DNA from: a virus
Taxonomy: Duplodnaviria > Caudoviricetes
Length of the DNA stretch: 64,000 nt
IMG/VR virus record: IMGVR_UViG_3300037400_001189
Location: 11,007-75,006 of that record
Reading direction: 5' to 3' (one strand)
Numbering within the stretch: position 1 is the first letter of the stretch; each line of letters starts with the position of its first letter. Under the pieces are notes generated by a model, which saw only the letters and a program-made list of their open reading frames with translations, was not told the origin of the DNA and searched no databases. A program made the translations under genes and the position numbers. Positions 61,891-64,000 of this stretch are shown here, in pieces.

Positions 61891-64000
61891 ATGTCTAAAA
61901 TAGATGACTTCTTTACACAATTAAGAAATCAGTCAGATACATCTGTCCAAGATCAGCAGCCTATAATTCAAGCTCCTGCTGCTCCAGAAGAAGATGCTGA
62001 GGCTGCTGCTATAGAAGAAAGGAGAAGACAGCGTTCACAGTTGATGAACGATCTTGCTTTGCAAACTACACGAGATAGACTAAGCAGCATACCTTCTCCA
62101 GTAGAACGCAAGCGTTTAGAATCAAAGTTTACAGTAGAGCAGAAACTGCAATTATTGGAAGGAAACACTGTAGACAAGTATCATGGTCTAGATGGTTTCC
62201 AAAGAATGCGTATTAAGAGGTCACCTGATGGAGACTCTGGCTGGATTGTAGATAAAGATGGTAATACACATGAGTTTCGTCTTAGCTCTAGCAGTTCAAC
62301 CTATATTGATGCTCCTGACTTGTTAGGAAGTGTACAAAGATCTCGTTATAAGTCCCGTACTCAGCCAGAAGCTGTTGCTAGAGCTACTGGTAAGCCTGTA
62401 GATCAACTTACAGAATTTGATTACACTAACTATGATCATTATGCTCAGAATGAATTCATTAAAAAGATATCTTCTAAAGATGGATATAAATCTGAGCAAT
62501 ATGATCCTTCTAAAGTATATTCTGAGATAAATGCTGATGGTCTAGAAGTATATGCTCGTTTTGAAGGAGAAGATAGCACTTCTTCAAAACGTAAGCTTAC
62601 TACTATTCTTAATCCATATACTGGTGAAGATATTGGCTACTTAAGTAGCTTAGATCCTAACGTAAATACTGGGTTTAGCTTATTTAAATCCATGAGAACT
62701 GCTGGTAATGCTAGAAGAGCATTAACAGCTCAACGCTTAGGTGAGTTCTATAGGGATGAAATTAATCCTGAAAATGGATATGTTGATGACTTAGCTGCTG
62801 CAAAGAGAATCTTTGAAGAAAATAAGACTATGGAGACTCCTGATAATTTTGCTGTAGGAGCATTAAAGCAATTAGGAGGTTCTGCTCTTAGCACTGTTGG
62901 CAGCATGGCAGTAGCTATAAATGATACTCTTGGTGGTTCTTCACAATTAAGACCCGGTTTTGATTTACGAAAGTATGCAGATAGAGAAGCAGCTGATATT
63001 ACTGTAGGCAAGACAGCCAAGAGACGTGATGAGTATAATACCTACATGCAAAATGTTTCCTCTAAGTTTGAAGAAGGAGACATTGCAGGTGGTTTATGGG
63101 AGTTTATTAAGCATCCTACTCAGGTAAGTATGTTTGTAGCTGAACAGCTAGGCAACATGGCTCCCGGTATTGCAGCTACTATAGCTACAGGCGGTGCTGG
63201 TGCAGCTTCATTTGGTGCAGCTACTGCTACTGATTTGCTAGCCAACATAGGCATGGACTTCATGGAATTTAGAAAGAACCATGGACGTTCCATGAATGCT
63301 AGTGAAATGGCTAAAGCCTATCTTAGACAGCTTCCTGCTGCTATAATGGATGCCTTGTCTGACAAGATATTAGTAGGCAACAGCAATGTGCTTAGGACTG
63401 CTAGATATACTCCTCTTAGAGCTGCAGGAGAAGTAGCTAAAGAGATGGGTGTAGAAGGCAGTCAGGAAGTAGTGCAGAACATTGCTTCCCAGATGAATGC
63501 TGAAGACAAGTCTCTTGCAGAAGCAGCTGCAGATCCATCCAACATTAGCAACTTTATGCTAGGTGCTCTTGGTGGTGGTTTAATGTCTGGTCCTGTAGGT
63601 GGTGGTCAGGCAGTTAGGCACTACATTAAGCAAGCTAACTATGACCGCATTAGACAGCAGTATGGCGAAGACTATGACAAAACTGCCTATCATAATGGAG
63701 ATACTCTTAAAGAAGACCATAGAGCAGTAAGAGAGAATTTAATCTCTTCTACTAAGGATTCCTTTGATAAAGCAAAGGAATCTGTTGATATTAATGGAAT
63801 GGTCTCCAATATTGGAACTCTTAACAATGAAATAAAGAATACCCAGTCTGGTCTTTCTAAAAGAGACGTAGACCATATGAGAACAAGTCTTTATGACATG
63901 ATTTCCGATATGGTTGCTACTACTGCAGCTAATGGAATGCTCAGTGAAGACTTGAACAATGTTCTTAAGCAGCTTCAAGATAGTCTTGGAGTTGAGAACA
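61891..64000 (+). CDS. Virion RNA polymerase (N4 gp50-like), N-terminal part, open at the window end
   Basis: AGGAG RBS and ATG at 61891; frame checked by hand as open to 64000; Gly/Ala-rich helices and EGSQEVVQ typical of ejected proteins; synteny. Confidence 0.72.
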   Translation, partial: MSKIDDFFTQLRNQSDTSVQDQQPIIQAPAAPEEDAEAAAIEERRRQRSQLMNDLALQTTRDRLSSIPSPVERKRLESKFTVEQKLQLLEGNTVDKYHGLDGFQRMRIKRSPDGDSGWIVDKDGNTHEFRLSSSSSTYIDAPDLLGSVQRSRYKSRTQPEAVARATGKPVDQLTEFDYTNYDHYAQNEFIKKISSKDGYKSEQYDPSKVYSEINADGLEVYARFEGEDSTSSKRKLTTILNPYTGEDIGYLSSLDPNVNTGFSLFKSMRTAGNARRALTAQRLGEFYRDEINPENGYVDDLAAAKRIFEENKTMETPDNFAVGALKQLGGSALSTVGSMAVAINDTLGGSSQLRPGFDLRKYADREAADITVGKTAKRRDEYNTYMQNVSSKFEEGDIAGGLWEFIKHPTQVSMFVAEQLGNMAPGIAATIATGGAGAASFGAATATDLLANIGMDFMEFRKNHGRSMNASEMAKAYLRQLPAAIMDALSDKILVGNSNVLRTARYTPLRAAGEVAKEMGVEGSQEVVQNIASQMNAEDKSLAEAAADPSNISNFMLGALGGGLMSGPVGGGQAVRHYIKQANYDRIRQQYGEDYDKTAYHNGDTLKEDHRAVRENLISSTKDSFDKAKESVDINGMVSNIGTLNNEIKNTQSGLSKRDVDHMRTSLYDMISDMVATTAANGMLSEDLNNVLKQLQDSLGVEN

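Noticed and set aside
1-64000. Stop-codon reassignment, or prophage/temperate lifestyle
   Set aside because: Genes are full length and densely packed under the standard code, with TAG, TAA and TGA all used as stops; no suppressor tRNA, integrase, repressor or host genes flank the window.

Overview
The window holds most of a lytic, N4-like (Schitoviridae-like) podophage genome, circularly permuted inside the giant virion RNA polymerase gene. Its C-terminal part is at 2-2098 and its N-terminal part at 61891->64000. A minus-strand arm (33090->3200) carries small early genes, a compact 574-aa T7-family RNA polymerase, rIIA/rIIB, ThyX, a primase, a family A DNA polymerase split over three ORFs, dUTPase, class III ribonucleotide reductase (NrdD/NrdG), an exonuclease/AAA/SSB block, three tRNAs and a GH108 lysin. 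A plus-strand arm (33539->64000) carries the terminases, several tail fibre genes, portal, major capsid and N4-like virion proteins. The most unusual signals are: (i) a phage-encoded beta-ketoacyl synthase with an intact Cys-His-His triad plus an acyl carrier protein; (ii) ten short hairpins with covarying stems and a conserved TA(A/G)(T/C)-type loop in front of early genes, candidate vRNAP promoters; (iii) a tripartite PolA; (iv) a staphylococcal-nuclease-like domain at the vRNAP N-terminus; (v) recurring C-terminal ITNx(E/Q)I and N-terminal (Y/F)LDxxGLxYF motifs suggesting peptide docking between separately encoded tail fibre pieces. All family assignments come from motif recognition by eye; no database search was run.
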